Source of the DNA: Spirochaetota bacterium
GTDB taxonomy: Bacteria; Spirochaetota; UBA4802; UB4802
DNA length: 64,000 bases
Reading direction: 5' to 3'
NCBI GenBank assembly: GCA_029907515.1
Contig: JARYLT010000005.1
Coordinates: forward strand, 7,106-71,105
In this document: one piece after another, positions 30,923 to 41,971 of the stretch
Numbering within the stretch: the stretch's first letter is position 1
Layout of the letters: each line of letters starts with the position of its first letter
Notes under the pieces: model-generated
Seen by the model: the letters and a program-made list of their open reading frames with translations, nothing else
Databases searched by the model: none
Told to the model about the DNA's origin: nothing
Program-made: the position numbers and the translations under genes

Positions 30923-31072
30923 GGGGCTGTCCCAAAAGTCGTTTCGATACAAATTTCGCAACGCTCATTGAGTAATTTTGCCAGATTTTGTGGCAAAATT
31001 GTATCGAAATGAGCGAGTATTACGATATAATGTTTGCAAAATTTACTCAACGACCTCTTTGGGGACAGTCCC
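30923..31072. mobile_element. About 150-bp MITE-like element with nested palindromic units
   Basis: Imperfect terminal IRs GGGGCTGTCCCAAAAG / CTTTGGGGACAGTCCC, nested internal stems, no ORF. Confidence 0.7.
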
Positions 31073-31345
31073 TTGTTTTTTAAAAAAGCTGATGTAGTAA
31101 CGTTACAGCTTTAACAATAAAAAAGTACTTATCCACAGCAAGACCTTAAAATTTCCCTACACATTATCTCCTGTATAATTTTTTAGCATTGTCAATGTAT
31201 TCAGAATAATTATTGATTTTTACAGCATATATTCCGACTGGTATACATTTATGATTGGTACATGCCTTAGCTGGTAGCATTTAACCAAATATGTATGCAC
31301 TATGGCAATCGTGCGCCAGTAGATTTCTGTATTAACGCACATACT

Positions 31346-32473
31346 ATGAACAGTAAACGAATAGTTCACATCGATTATCTGAAAACATGGGCAGTCATTG
31401 TTATGATAGAAGTCCATGTTGTTAATTGTTTCCTCAATCCATCATTCAAAACTGCATGGTGGTTCCATATAGTAAATTTCATAAACGGACTGGTGGCTCC
31501 AGTTTTTATCTTTACTGCAGGTTTTTCATTTGTCTTTTCAGTAATGAAAAAGCGAGAAGAACTTATCAGTTTATCAGATTTATTTTTTAGAAGAACAGGC
31601 AGAATACTATTAATTGTTCTTGTGGGCTATCTTATCCATATCCCCTACTTCTCATTAAAAAATATTATTATTTATGCTTCACCTGCTGAGCTTAAATCCT
31701 TTTATTCAGCAGATGTTCTCCAATGCATTGGATCAGGTTTGCTGGTTTTACTATTTCTACGAATGGCAATCCCGTCAGATACGCTATACCATAGAATCAT
31801 CACCGGCATCGGTTTGTTGATTGTTTTTATAACACCCTATATATGGGAGATTGACTTCAACCAATGGTTCCCATTGCCAATTGCTACATATTTCAATGAA
31901 ATGCATGGATCATTATTCCCAGTATTTCCATGGCATGGATTTTTGTTTTTAGGCGCATCATATGGGGTTTTTCAATTGCACCATAACACTAATATCCATG
32001 CAGACAAATCTTTAAATACATTTGCAGCAATTTCTTTTATTATTAGCATTGCTGGCATTATTTCTATGCATTTCTTATCCCAAAACCCCGCATATACTAT
32101 AAAGACAAGTGCAATCTTTTTTATAACACGGTATGCACTCGTCATAGTGCTGCTGCATTGCTGCCAGTGGTATCTTCATATAAAAAATAATCAGGGCGGA
32201 TTATTCATCAATATAGGTAAAGAATCACTGCTTGTTTACTGGTTACATCTTCAGATATTATACAGGCATATTTTCAATGGGAAATCACTTGAAAGAATTG
32301 TTGCTCAGAAATTTAGCTTTGCAGAGTGTTTGACAGCTTTTCTTTTGCTGGCAGCCTTGATGTTTGCAGTAGCAATTATGTGGAATACATTAAAACAACA
32401 TTTTCCCGATATTTCCCGAAAAATATTTATTGGAACAATACTAATTGGATTAATAAAATTTTTATCTTTTTAA
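31346..32473 (+). CDS. Membrane acyltransferase-like protein (DUF1624/HGSNAT-like)
   Basis: 'RIVHIDYLKTWAVIVMIEVH', 'APVFIF..G', 'DVLQCIG', 'FPVFPW'; multi-TM. Confidence 0.75.
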   Translation: MNSKRIVHIDYLKTWAVIVMIEVHVVNCFLNPSFKTAWWFHIVNFINGLVAPVFIFTAGFSFVFSVMKKREELISLSDLFFRRTGRILLIVLVGYLIHIPYFSLKNIIIYASPAELKSFYSADVLQCIGSGLLVLLFLRMAIPSDTLYHRIITGIGLLIVFITPYIWEIDFNQWFPLPIATYFNEMHGSLFPVFPWHGFLFLGASYGVFQLHHNTNIHADKSLNTFAAISFIISIAGIISMHFLSQNPAYTIKTSAIFFITRYALVIVLLHCCQWYLHIKNNQGGLFINIGKESLLVYWLHLQILYRHIFNGKSLERIVAQKFSFAECLTAFLLLAALMFAVAIMWNTLKQHFPDISRKIFIGTILIGLIKFLSF

Positions 32474-32475
32474 TC

Positions 32476-33291
32476 TTAAACTGCTTTTGTGGCCTTTACA
32501 AGGTACTGTAACGCAGTTTGATTGTTCCCCACAAATAAATGGCACAGACTTAACGATATGAATGCCTGTGGTGTAGGCTCTTTCTGTATTTCCTGCTCTA
32601 ATTGCTGTATCTTGGTATCGATAGTCCCCTTGCTGTCATTGAAAATGGTGTGAGGTATTGTTGAAATATATTCATTAAATTGCCTGAATCCCTTTTTCTG
32701 CAATGAATGGGATATAAGCTTTTCATCATTATACCGTGCACACTGTAAAATTATATCTGAAGTAATTTCCCTGAACCTGAATGAGTCATGGTACCTATCA
32801 TATTGTTGTAAATAGCGTAAGGCATCGCTATAATTTTTTTGTTCATAATATAAAAGTATAATTGCGGTCAGGGCAACTTTATTTGCAGGGTCATTCTTAA
32901 TAACTTCCTTAAAACATCCAAGAGCAGCTTTATAATTATTAATTTTGCTGAAAGCTATACCTTTAACCAGGAGAGCAATATAAAAATCTGGGTTAGATGT
33001 ATTACACTTATTCAGGATAATAATAGCTTTTTTATATTCACCCAACCTGAAATAAAGGCTTCCAATGTTGAATAAAACAATATAATCTTCTTTCAGTTGC
33101 AGTGCACGTAAAAAACAATCAAGAGCATGATTGAATTGTTTCATGCGATAATACAATGAACCTAAATTGATTAATGCAGCCCTGAAAGAATTATCAATTT
33201 GGAGTATCTGTATATATAGTTGCAATGCTTCAGTAACATTACCCTGCTCTTCCAGCCGGAGTGCTTCTATAAATTGTTCCTGTATAGTCAT
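32476..33291 (-). CDS. TPR repeat protein
   Basis: Repeated 'NLGSLYY', 'NIGSLYF' and A..C/Y helices. Confidence 0.85.
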   Translation of the reverse strand: MTIQEQFIEALRLEEQGNVTEALQLYIQILQIDNSFRAALINLGSLYYRMKQFNHALDCFLRALQLKEDYIVLFNIGSLYFRLGEYKKAIIILNKCNTSNPDFYIALLVKGIAFSKINNYKAALGCFKEVIKNDPANKVALTAIILLYYEQKNYSDALRYLQQYDRYHDSFRFREITSDIILQCARYNDEKLISHSLQKKGFRQFNEYISTIPHTIFNDSKGTIDTKIQQLEQEIQKEPTPQAFISLSLCHLFVGNNQTALQYLVKATKAV

Positions 33292-33342
33292 TCAATCAAC
33301 CTTTCCAAACAAATAGGCATTCTATTGCTTACTATCGGCATT

Positions 33343-34407
33343 TTATTTGGCAAGCGCAACTTTATTTCGTCCCATCTCTTTTGCCTTATATAACGCTTTA
33401 TCAGATCTGCCTACAAATTCCTTTATAGAAGTATCTCTTGCAGGATCATACTGAGTAACTCCAATGCTTATAGTAACATGCAACGTACTGTCCTGCCCCT
33501 TGAATGGATGCTGTTCAACAATCTTACGCAAGCGTTGTGCCACAATACCTGCCTGATCCAGTCGTGTCTGGGGCAATATCACCGCAAACTCTTCGCCTCC
33601 GTATCGGCAGGGTATATCCATTTTACGAAGGTCTTTCAGAAATATTGCAGCAACTTCTTTCAGTACACTATCGCCCTGCAAATGCCCATAGGTATCGTTG
33701 AACCGCTTAAAATGGTCTATGTCACACATCAACAGTGAAAGGGGTGCATTATATCGCTGACTTCGTTTCATTTCCTCAAACAATCGTATTTCAAAATAAT
33801 GGTGAATATACAACCGTGTCATTCTATCCAGTGTTGACATTAAATACAGCCGTGAATTTTCAACTGCCACCGCGCCAAACCGTGCTACATAATGTAAAAA
33901 TTCCTTTTCTGAATTTGAAAAACCGCCACCGGTTATTTTTTCCCCTAAAAGGAGAACACCCATCAGTGAATTTTTTGATTTTAAAGGTACTACTATGTAT
34001 GGATTTAAAAACGCTATCAATTTGAGGTCGTCAGCCAGGTCGGGTAACTCCAGGAGTGTTTCATATTCAATTGGGTATGGATTATTTTCTAAAAATCCAA
34101 CGAGTGGACTTGTTTCCTGCAATATCACATTTTCCTCAAAATCACTGTCATACCCTTTGGCCATATGTATATAAAAATCATTCACATCAATGTCTTTTTG
34201 CAACAGCAGCGCTACCTGTTCAACAAACATCTGGCCAATACAGCTGTATAAAAGGGATTCAACCAGGCTTTCAAACTGCAAATTTGATGAAAGACTTATT
34301 CCTAACTCAAGCAGGTTGCGCAGGTCATAAATCTTTTTTTCCAGGCCTTCTATGCCTTCCGGTGTTGGTTCAGTTTCATCAAAAAAAGTTAACCCATTAT
34401 CATCCAT
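33343..34407 (-). CDS. GAF-GGDEF diguanylate cyclase
   Basis: GAF domain, 'DIDHFKRFNDTYGH', RxxD I-site 'RKMD', 'RYGGEEF'. Confidence 0.93.
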   Translation of the reverse strand: MDDNGLTFFDETEPTPEGIEGLEKKIYDLRNLLELGISLSSNLQFESLVESLLYSCIGQMFVEQVALLLQKDIDVNDFYIHMAKGYDSDFEENVILQETSPLVGFLENNPYPIEYETLLELPDLADDLKLIAFLNPYIVVPLKSKNSLMGVLLLGEKITGGGFSNSEKEFLHYVARFGAVAVENSRLYLMSTLDRMTRLYIHHYFEIRLFEEMKRSQRYNAPLSLLMCDIDHFKRFNDTYGHLQGDSVLKEVAAIFLKDLRKMDIPCRYGGEEFAVILPQTRLDQAGIVAQRLRKIVEQHPFKGQDSTLHVTISIGVTQYDPARDTSIKEFVGRSDKALYKAKEMGRNKVALAK

Positions 34408-34520
34408 ACATACCCTGTAAAATAATTCTTGCGTTTTTATTACTATTACCTGTTTATGACGTTATATGCTGTATCATCAATATATATACATGTAAAAATG
34501 CATAGCAGATTTTTATACTA

Positions 34521-34549
34521 TTTACAAAAAATGTCAATAATTATATACT
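34521..34549 (+). promoter_or_regulatory. Putative sigma70 promoter of dut-rnj-uppP-ftsK
   Basis: TTTACA-17 nt-TATACT. Confidence 0.5.
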
Positions 34550-34586
34550 AATTGTATCAGTTATTTAATAAATTGTTATTATTACC

Positions 34587-35021
34587 ATGGAGACAATAAA
34601 AGTAAAATTACAACCGGGCGCTAAATTACCCGATTATCAAACCATACATTCATCAGGTGCTGACCTTTATGCATTACTGGATACACCGGTCACCTTGCAG
34701 CCACTGCAGCGTGCGCTCATACCCACTGGCATTTCTATTGAACTTCCCCCTGGCTATGAAGCACAAATAAGACCACGCAGCGGTCTTGCCATTAATCACG
34801 GGATTACTCTTCTTAATACTCCCGGCACCATTGATGCTGATTATCGTGGAGAAATTAAAGTAATTGTGATAAACTTAGGTGATAAACCATTCACAATTGA
34901 AAACAATATGCGGATTGCTCAGATGGTCATTGCGCATACTTTGCAGGTAACATTTGAAGTAGTTACAGAATTAACCCCCACAAAACGGAATGACGGAGGC
35001 TTTGGACATACAGGCTTATGA
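34587..35021 (+). CDS. dut: dUTP diphosphatase
   Basis: 'GADL', 'RPRSGLA', 'GTIDADYRGE', 'RIAQ', 'RNDGGFGHTG'. Confidence 0.97.
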   Translation: METIKVKLQPGAKLPDYQTIHSSGADLYALLDTPVTLQPLQRALIPTGISIELPPGYEAQIRPRSGLAINHGITLLNTPGTIDADYRGEIKVIVINLGDKPFTIENNMRIAQMVIAHTLQVTFEVVTELTPTKRNDGGFGHTGL

Positions 35022-36664
35022 AAGAAAAGAAAATACGAATTATACCAATAGGTGGCCTTCATGCTATTGGCGGTAACATGATGGCCATTGAATATGACAA
35101 TGAAATGATCATAATAGACTGCGGCATTACCTTCCCCAATGGTGAAACACCTGGTATTGATTTTATGATACCGGATTTCAGCTTTATACTTGAGAATAAA
35201 ACTAAAGTTAAAGGAATCATCATTACCCATGGCCATGAAGATCATATTGGGGCAATACCCTTTTTACTGCAAAAGATAAATGTACCGGTATATGCCACAA
35301 AACTAACCCTTGGGTTGGTAACAAGCAGGCTTGCCGAACGGCCGGTAAATGCACCTACATTCATTGAAATAGAACCACGTGATGTAATACATATTGGTTC
35401 ATTTGTCATTGAATTTTTGCGTGTGAATCATTCAATCATTGATGGCGTTGGGCTTGCCATAAAAACTCCCATTGGCACTATCATACACACTGGCGACTAT
35501 AAAATTGACTACTCGCCTATTGATGGTAATGTTGCTGACCTTCACCGCTTTGCTGAATATGGCCAGCAGGGCGTGCTGCTCCTCATCAGTGACAGCACCA
35601 ATGCAACCAATCCCGGTTATACACCATCTGAAATAGTTCTGAAAAAGAAGCTCCTGGAAATATTTGCAAAGTCAAAGGGACGTATTTTTGTCGCAAGCTT
35701 TGCTTCTAACATACACAGAATCCAGCAGGTTCTGGAAGCTTCACAGAAATATAATCGTAAAGTTGTTATTTCCGGAACCACCATGCAAAAAAATATTGAG
35801 ATAGCAACTGAACTGGGATACCTGAAATACAAAAAAGACCTGATTATAGATGCAAAGGATATTGGCAAGTATACCCATAAAAAACTGGTGGTTCTGTGTA
35901 CCGGTTCTCAGGGTGAACCCATGTCAGCTCTTTCCCGTATGGCTACCGGCACGCACAAGCATTTCAGGATAGGAGCAGGGGATACCGTTATCATTACCGC
36001 TTCGGTTATTCCAGGAAATGAACGCATGGTGTACAGTGTTATCAATTCCCTGATGCAGATGGGGGCAGATGTATTTTATGAACAGGATGAAGAAATTCAT
36101 GTGTCAGGGCATGCGTCACAGGAAGAACTTAAGCTTATGATTACTCTGACTCAGCCAAAATACTTTTTACCGGTACATGGCGAATACCGACATCTTAAAG
36201 CACATGCCTCACTGGCAGAATCACTCAACATAAAACCACAGAATATCATTGTTGCCCAGAATGGCGATATAATAGAGCTAACACCAAACCGTTTTGAAAA
36301 GAAGGGGAATATACCTCTTTCTACCGTATATGTTGATGGTTCCTATATTGGCGATATCACTGATGACATCATTGCTGAACGTAAAACATTGGCATCTGAT
36401 GGTGTCATTGTTATCAGCATTGTTATAGGTGATGGGTTGCTACTGTACCCACCAGTTATTATAGCCAGGGGTTTTATTGGCATAAAGAATGATAGATTTA
36501 TGCAGGTGCTTCAAAAGGAACTATCGAACACTATTGAAAAGCAGCTTTTACAGAATGCCTCACCTGAACACCTGACAGTCGCAGTAAAAAAGCTTGCCAA
36601 AATGATTGCCCATCGGTTTACCAACAATACGCCACTCATTGAAACTATCATCCAGGAGATTTAA
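35018..36664 (+). CDS. rnj: Ribonuclease J
   Basis: 'THGHEDHIG', 'HTGDYK', 'TGSQGEP', 'HVSGH', 'PVHGE'. Confidence 0.95.
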   Translation: MKEKKIRIIPIGGLHAIGGNMMAIEYDNEMIIIDCGITFPNGETPGIDFMIPDFSFILENKTKVKGIIITHGHEDHIGAIPFLLQKINVPVYATKLTLGLVTSRLAERPVNAPTFIEIEPRDVIHIGSFVIEFLRVNHSIIDGVGLAIKTPIGTIIHTGDYKIDYSPIDGNVADLHRFAEYGQQGVLLLISDSTNATNPGYTPSEIVLKKKLLEIFAKSKGRIFVASFASNIHRIQQVLEASQKYNRKVVISGTTMQKNIEIATELGYLKYKKDLIIDAKDIGKYTHKKLVVLCTGSQGEPMSALSRMATGTHKHFRIGAGDTVIITASVIPGNERMVYSVINSLMQMGADVFYEQDEEIHVSGHASQEELKLMITLTQPKYFLPVHGEYRHLKAHASLAESLNIKPQNIIVAQNGDIIELTPNRFEKKGNIPLSTVYVDGSYIGDITDDIIAERKTLASDGVIVISIVIGDGLLLYPPVIIARGFIGIKNDRFMQVLQKELSNTIEKQLLQNASPEHLTVAVKKLAKMIAHRFTNNTPLIETIIQEI

Positions 36665-36665
36665 C

Positions 36666-37496
36666 ATGGCCTATAGTATTGTTATTTTCTGCATCCTGGG
36701 GATCATCCAGGGTGTAACTGAATTTTTGCCTGTATCATCATCAGGGCACCTTGCACTGTTAGAGGCAATACCACAGGTTCACACTATCTTTGGTACAATG
36801 GATACGGGCGCTAAACTTTTTTTTAACGTTGCACTGCACCTGGCAAGCCTGGTAGCAATAATCATATTTTACTATAATGACATCATTAAGCTTGTTACCG
36901 GAACTATCGCCGAAATTACAAAAAAACACTATGGTATAAACTGTAAGTTTGCATGCAACATAGTGATTGCCTCAATACCTGCTGCGCTGGTTGGTTTGTT
37001 TCTCAACGACGTTGTTGAAGCATCAATTTCCAGCCCTGCACTTGTTGCAGGTCTTCTTATAATTAATGGTATCATGCTCATAGTATCTAATAAATTACCC
37101 AAAAAAAGCCGAAAATGTGAAGAGATGGGAATACTGCAGGCATTGCTTATTGGGCTTTTCCAGGCAGTTGCAATTTTGCCGGGCATATCACGCTCAGGTA
37201 GCACCATTGTTGGAGGTCTTTTAACAGGATTAAAGCCTGAAGAAGCTGGAAAATTTTCGTTTTTAATGGCAATACCGGTTATTGCCGGGGCAGGACTGCT
37301 TGAATTGCGGAAATTGGGCACCATTAATGCCTTTGAATTTGGTATTCCCGTTGTGATTGCTATGGCTATAACATTTATTGCAGCACTTGCCTCATTGAAG
37401 CTGCTTGTGGCAATGCTCAAGTCGCTGCACCTGCACTATTTTGGGTACTATACCATTATAGCGGGGGTGGCAGCATTATTTATTTTACTGGTATAA
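36666..37496 (+). CDS. uppP: Undecaprenyl-diphosphate phosphatase
   Basis: 'QGVTEFLPVSSSGH', 'PGISRSGST'. Start is ATG 36666 after AGGAG. Confidence 0.95.
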   Translation: MAYSIVIFCILGIIQGVTEFLPVSSSGHLALLEAIPQVHTIFGTMDTGAKLFFNVALHLASLVAIIIFYYNDIIKLVTGTIAEITKKHYGINCKFACNIVIASIPAALVGLFLNDVVEASISSPALVAGLLIINGIMLIVSNKLPKKSRKCEEMGILQALLIGLFQAVAILPGISRSGSTIVGGLLTGLKPEEAGKFSFLMAIPVIAGAGLLELRKLGTINAFEFGIPVVIAMAITFIAALASLKLLVAMLKSLHLHYFGYYTIIAGVAALFILLV

Positions 37497-37525
37497 AATT
37501 ACAGGTACAGGATTAGCAAACGTGT

Positions 37526-39961
37526 ATGTCCAATCGTGTCACTGAAATACTGTGTGTTATACTGTGGGGGTTTGCTGTTATTGTCTTTCTTTCACTGGCA
37601 ACATTCCACATATCTGATTATGATACTCTGGGCACCATGCCAGTACAAAACATACTTGGACCTGCCGGAGTGATACTTGCTCAGATACTCAGAATATCGT
37701 TTGGCATAGCATCATATTTTGTTGTTGCAATATTGCTTTTAACCGGATGGGGGCTTGTCAAATATAAATCGCTTGAACCTGTCCTGGAACATATCTTTGC
37801 CATAACCTTTGCAATGGTTTCGACTTCACTTCTTGTAACCATTATACAACCGGAAACTATTGCACCTTTTGCAGGTGGAGTGGTTGGCATGGCATTATAC
37901 CACGTGTTTACTTCAGTAATGGGTTTGACTGGTGCATGGATAGCCACAATACTTCTGGTACTTATTTCACTTATACTGCTTGGCATAGTGTCATTAAGCT
38001 ATTTCTTTGATAGCCAGCGGTTTACCTCTTTAGCAAACGTTGCTGCGTTGCTGTATAGAAAGATTGTGCTTTTTAAGCACAGGGATTCCATACCTCTTAT
38101 TGACATTACATCATTCAATGCTGAAAAAAAGATACCCTGGATCACAAGAACCAAAATTACCCTGTATGGGAAAACACCAGTGCGCAAACCAAAGCTCATT
38201 GAATATGATAACATACTCACGTATAAGGGCGATAGTTCCTATTATAATAAAAAAGACCATACAGATGACCTGCAGATAATCACTACACATACTACACCTA
38301 CTGAAAATAGCATACTGGATAATTCAGATTCTTCTTCCATGAATACCGCTGATACTGAAAGCAAAGAAGCTGCCCCACAGGTTGTTGCCGTAACCAATGC
38401 GGTGATTGAACTGCCACAGGAAGACAGTATCCAGAAAGAACATGAGCCCACAGTGAGTACAAAGGAAATCAGTGACATTGATGAACATTATGACGAAGAG
38501 GATGAATATGATGATGCAACAGATAATGAAGAAGACATGGTTGCCCGTAACGTTTTTGAGGAAATACCAATCAATCAGAAGTACAGCATACCTGTAGACT
38601 TTTTAAAGCAATACACCGTGCATGATGAAACAGGCTATAAACAGGAGATAGCAAAAAATTCTGAACTTCTGGTCAACACATTGCGGGACTTTGGCATTGA
38701 ATCAAAAGTTGTTAATGTTAACCGTGGACCGGTTATTACATTGTATGAATTGCAGATAGCTCCGGGTATAAAAGTCAACCGTATTGTTGGGCTTGCTGAC
38801 GACATTGCCATGGCACTTGCCGCTTCCCGTGTTCGAGTGGTAGCACCAATCCCTGGCAAAAAGGCCATTGGCGTAGAGATACCCAACAAAGTACGTGAAA
38901 CAGTAACATTAAAAGACATCATTGCCTCTCCTGAGTATACCCATCAGCAGGGGCGCCTGAAAGTAGGTCTGGGCAAGGATATCATGGGCAAACCTGTGGT
39001 AATTGATATTAAAAAACTACCGCACCTGCTTATTGCTGGTGCAACAGGTGCCGGTAAATCTGTATGTGTTCATTCTATCATAACAAGCCTGGTGTACAAC
39101 TATGATCCCAACTATGTGCGCTTTATCATGGTTGATCCAAAACTTGTTGAACTGCAGATATACAATGGCATCCCACATCTACTAACCCCGGTCATTATTG
39201 AGCCATTCATGGTACCAAAAGCGCTGAAGTGGACCATGATGGAGATGGAACGGCGCTACTACCTCCTTTCAGAATATAACACACGCGACATTGACCGCTA
39301 CAACCAGATGGTTGAACGCAACAAGAATGGCGAATACCTGCCCTATATTGTCATCATCATGGATGAGCTTGCCGACCTCATGATGGTTGCCGCAAAAGAA
39401 ATAGAAGGCTACATAACCCGTATTGCACAGAAAGCACGTGCAGTGGGCATTCACCTGGTACTGGCAACCCAGCGCCCATCAGTAGATATCATTACCGGCA
39501 TCATCAAGGCAAACTTCCCTGCCCGTATTGCATTTCAGGTTGCCCAGAAAACTGACTCACGTACTATTATTGACCAGAATGGGGCCGAAAAGCTGCTTGG
39601 CAAAGGCGATATGCTGTACCAGTCACCAATGAGCTCATTCCCCATACGAATTCAGGGAGCTTTTATTTCTGAGGATGAGCTCTCATCAATTGTTGCTTTC
39701 CTTAAAAAAATAGCAAAACCACGGTATGTTGATATTGAACAAAGCCTGGTGGAATTTGAAGATGATGATGAAGAAGGTGAAGATGAACTTTTCATTGAAG
39801 CGGTGAAGATAGTTGAAACCACAAAAAAAGCTTCAGCTTCATACCTTCAGCGCAGGCTTTCAATTGGCTACAATCGTGCCGCACGTATCATTGAACGCAT
39901 GGAAGAGTTGGGGTACATTGGGCCACAACAGGGAAGCAAGCCCCGCGAAGTATATATATAA
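37526..39961 (+). CDS. ftsK: DNA translocase FtsK
   Basis: N-terminal TMs, acidic linker, 'PHLLIAGATGAGKS', 'DELADLM', 'LATQRPS', gamma domain 'LQRRLSIGYNRAARI'. Confidence 0.97.
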   Translation: MSNRVTEILCVILWGFAVIVFLSLATFHISDYDTLGTMPVQNILGPAGVILAQILRISFGIASYFVVAILLLTGWGLVKYKSLEPVLEHIFAITFAMVSTSLLVTIIQPETIAPFAGGVVGMALYHVFTSVMGLTGAWIATILLVLISLILLGIVSLSYFFDSQRFTSLANVAALLYRKIVLFKHRDSIPLIDITSFNAEKKIPWITRTKITLYGKTPVRKPKLIEYDNILTYKGDSSYYNKKDHTDDLQIITTHTTPTENSILDNSDSSSMNTADTESKEAAPQVVAVTNAVIELPQEDSIQKEHEPTVSTKEISDIDEHYDEEDEYDDATDNEEDMVARNVFEEIPINQKYSIPVDFLKQYTVHDETGYKQEIAKNSELLVNTLRDFGIESKVVNVNRGPVITLYELQIAPGIKVNRIVGLADDIAMALAASRVRVVAPIPGKKAIGVEIPNKVRETVTLKDIIASPEYTHQQGRLKVGLGKDIMGKPVVIDIKKLPHLLIAGATGAGKSVCVHSIITSLVYNYDPNYVRFIMVDPKLVELQIYNGIPHLLTPVIIEPFMVPKALKWTMMEMERRYYLLSEYNTRDIDRYNQMVERNKNGEYLPYIVIIMDELADLMMVAAKEIEGYITRIAQKARAVGIHLVLATQRPSVDIITGIIKANFPARIAFQVAQKTDSRTIIDQNGAEKLLGKGDMLYQSPMSSFPIRIQGAFISEDELSSIVAFLKKIAKPRYVDIEQSLVEFEDDDEEGEDELFIEAVKIVETTKKASASYLQRRLSIGYNRAARIIERMEELGYIGPQQGSKPREVYI

Positions 39962-40285
39962 AAAAATTTAAGTGACTTTTTTTATTCCATATTTTATTAT
40001 ATCTTTATAGTATAATATTATCACTTTTAAAAGTGATAGCATGTGCATATTATTGGATGTATTTACATGTATATGTGCTTGCGATCTATGCAATATAATA
40101 ATTATTTTCAGAGATGAAAATGTTTTTACCATTACCCTTAATACTTCTTCCTTATAAACAGATAGTTACTGAGCCTTTCTTCAAGTTCAGAGAGAGGTTT
40201 TTGAAGGAAGGGGTGAGTGAGGTAAAGATATATTTTTTTACGAAGTAGTTGCACGATGTTCATTAAATCATATGTGAGGCGCTAT

Positions 40286-41947
40286 ATGAAATATACCAAA
40301 CAAACCACTTTTATTGTCATTATTATCATGGCAATAGCTCTTTCTGTCAGTGCAATACCTGGCAAGAAAGTAATAGGTGTTACTGCATTTACCAATCTGT
40401 CAAAAGATACAACGTTTGACTGGCTCTGTATTGGTATTGCTGATACCATATCCTACAAACTGCGTAACGTGCAGGAATATATACTGGTGGATAGGGTCAA
40501 TGTTGATAAACTCATTGGCGAATTACAGCTATCGCAATCCGGTCTCATTGATGAAAACACCGTTGAAGCCGGCAAAGCATTGGGTGCCAATATTCTTGTT
40601 GTTGGCAATTTCCAGAAATTTGGCAACCAGATACGCATTACAGCAAAAATAGTTGATGTACAATCACACGCCGTCATCAATCAGGTTCAGGTTACCGGAT
40701 CATTGAATGATATATTCAACCTGCAGGATTCGCTGGCACTGGGAATCATTGAAAAGAATGATACTGCCATAACCACCGAAACAAAAACAAAAATTGTACA
40801 GAACGATACCAATAATATAAGTGCATACGAATACTTTGTTCGTGGGCAAAAGTTTTTACTGTATCAATTAGATTATTCCAAAGCTATTGAAATGTATCAG
40901 AAAGCAATATCAATAGATCCCAACTATGCAATAGCATACGCAGGACTGGGGAAAGCGTATTCACTGCGTTCATGGGAACTCAGAGAATACCATAATACCA
41001 CCGACCCTACACTAATTGAAAAATCATTCCAGAGCAGTAAAAAAGCATTATCACTTAATCCAAATCTGGATGAAGCACATTTATCATTGGCGCGCTACTA
41101 TCAGGAAGTTGACCAAAATAAGGTGCCCAATAAATGGACATTATGTGAAGATGAAACACGAAAGGCACTTGAAATAAACCCCAATAACGGCGAGGCATAT
41201 CTGCTATTAAGCAAAATATATGCCTATGATATCCCCAAATCAGAAATGTATTTAAAGCAGGCAATTGAAAAGAACAAGTTCCTGGTAGATGCACATAATA
41301 ACTTAGGGATTATTTATTTAGACCGTGGAGATTTGGACACAGCGTTTGCATACATCAAAAATGCCATCGATATTGATGAAAACTATGTCATTGGCTACAT
41401 GAACCTGGGTGTTATTTATGAAAAACGCGGTCAGTATGATAAGGCACTGGAAATGTATAAAATGGCTGTTTCAAAATACCCCAACTATATTCTGGGCTTG
41501 CGTAACCTGGGAATAGGCTACCGTAATTTGAATAGACTTGATGAAGCCCTTGATGCGTTTTTTAAAGCATTAAAACTAAAAAAAGACGATGCACAAACAT
41601 TGAGTGAGATTGGGTATGTGTATCTGCTAAAAAACGATTACAACAAAGCTATCAATTATTTCAAACAGTCGTTACAATACGATCCTTCGTACCGTTACAG
41701 CCTTGCTAATTTAGGGTGGTGTTTGGTACAGCAGGGCAAATATAATGATGCAATCCCGTATTTAGAGAAAGCACATAATGACAACAGAGATTATGCATGG
41801 GCGGCAGGATATTTGGGCTGGTTATATGAAAACAAAATCCAGGATTACAATAAGGCATTGTACTGGTATGGCGAAGCACTAAAGCGTGATCCTAATAATC
41901 AGGACTATCGCAATTCATATAACCGTTTATCAGGTTACTATCGCTAA
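40286..41947 (+). CDS. Exported CsgG/FlgO(TolB-N)-like domain plus TPR repeat protein
   Basis: Signal peptide, 'FTNLS....DWL..GIADTI', 'GNQIRITAKIVDV', multiple TPRs. Confidence 0.8.
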   Translation: MKYTKQTTFIVIIIMAIALSVSAIPGKKVIGVTAFTNLSKDTTFDWLCIGIADTISYKLRNVQEYILVDRVNVDKLIGELQLSQSGLIDENTVEAGKALGANILVVGNFQKFGNQIRITAKIVDVQSHAVINQVQVTGSLNDIFNLQDSLALGIIEKNDTAITTETKTKIVQNDTNNISAYEYFVRGQKFLLYQLDYSKAIEMYQKAISIDPNYAIAYAGLGKAYSLRSWELREYHNTTDPTLIEKSFQSSKKALSLNPNLDEAHLSLARYYQEVDQNKVPNKWTLCEDETRKALEINPNNGEAYLLLSKIYAYDIPKSEMYLKQAIEKNKFLVDAHNNLGIIYLDRGDLDTAFAYIKNAIDIDENYVIGYMNLGVIYEKRGQYDKALEMYKMAVSKYPNYILGLRNLGIGYRNLNRLDEALDAFFKALKLKKDDAQTLSEIGYVYLLKNDYNKAINYFKQSLQYDPSYRYSLANLGWCLVQQGKYNDAIPYLEKAHNDNRDYAWAAGYLGWLYENKIQDYNKALYWYGEALKRDPNNQDYRNSYNRLSGYYR

Positions 41948-41971
41948 ACTATACAGTATCATTACACTGTT

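Noticed and set aside
38230-38540. Acidic low-complexity stretch in ftsK as an insertion or repeat element
   Set aside because: This is the normal variable FtsK linker and the frame is intact.
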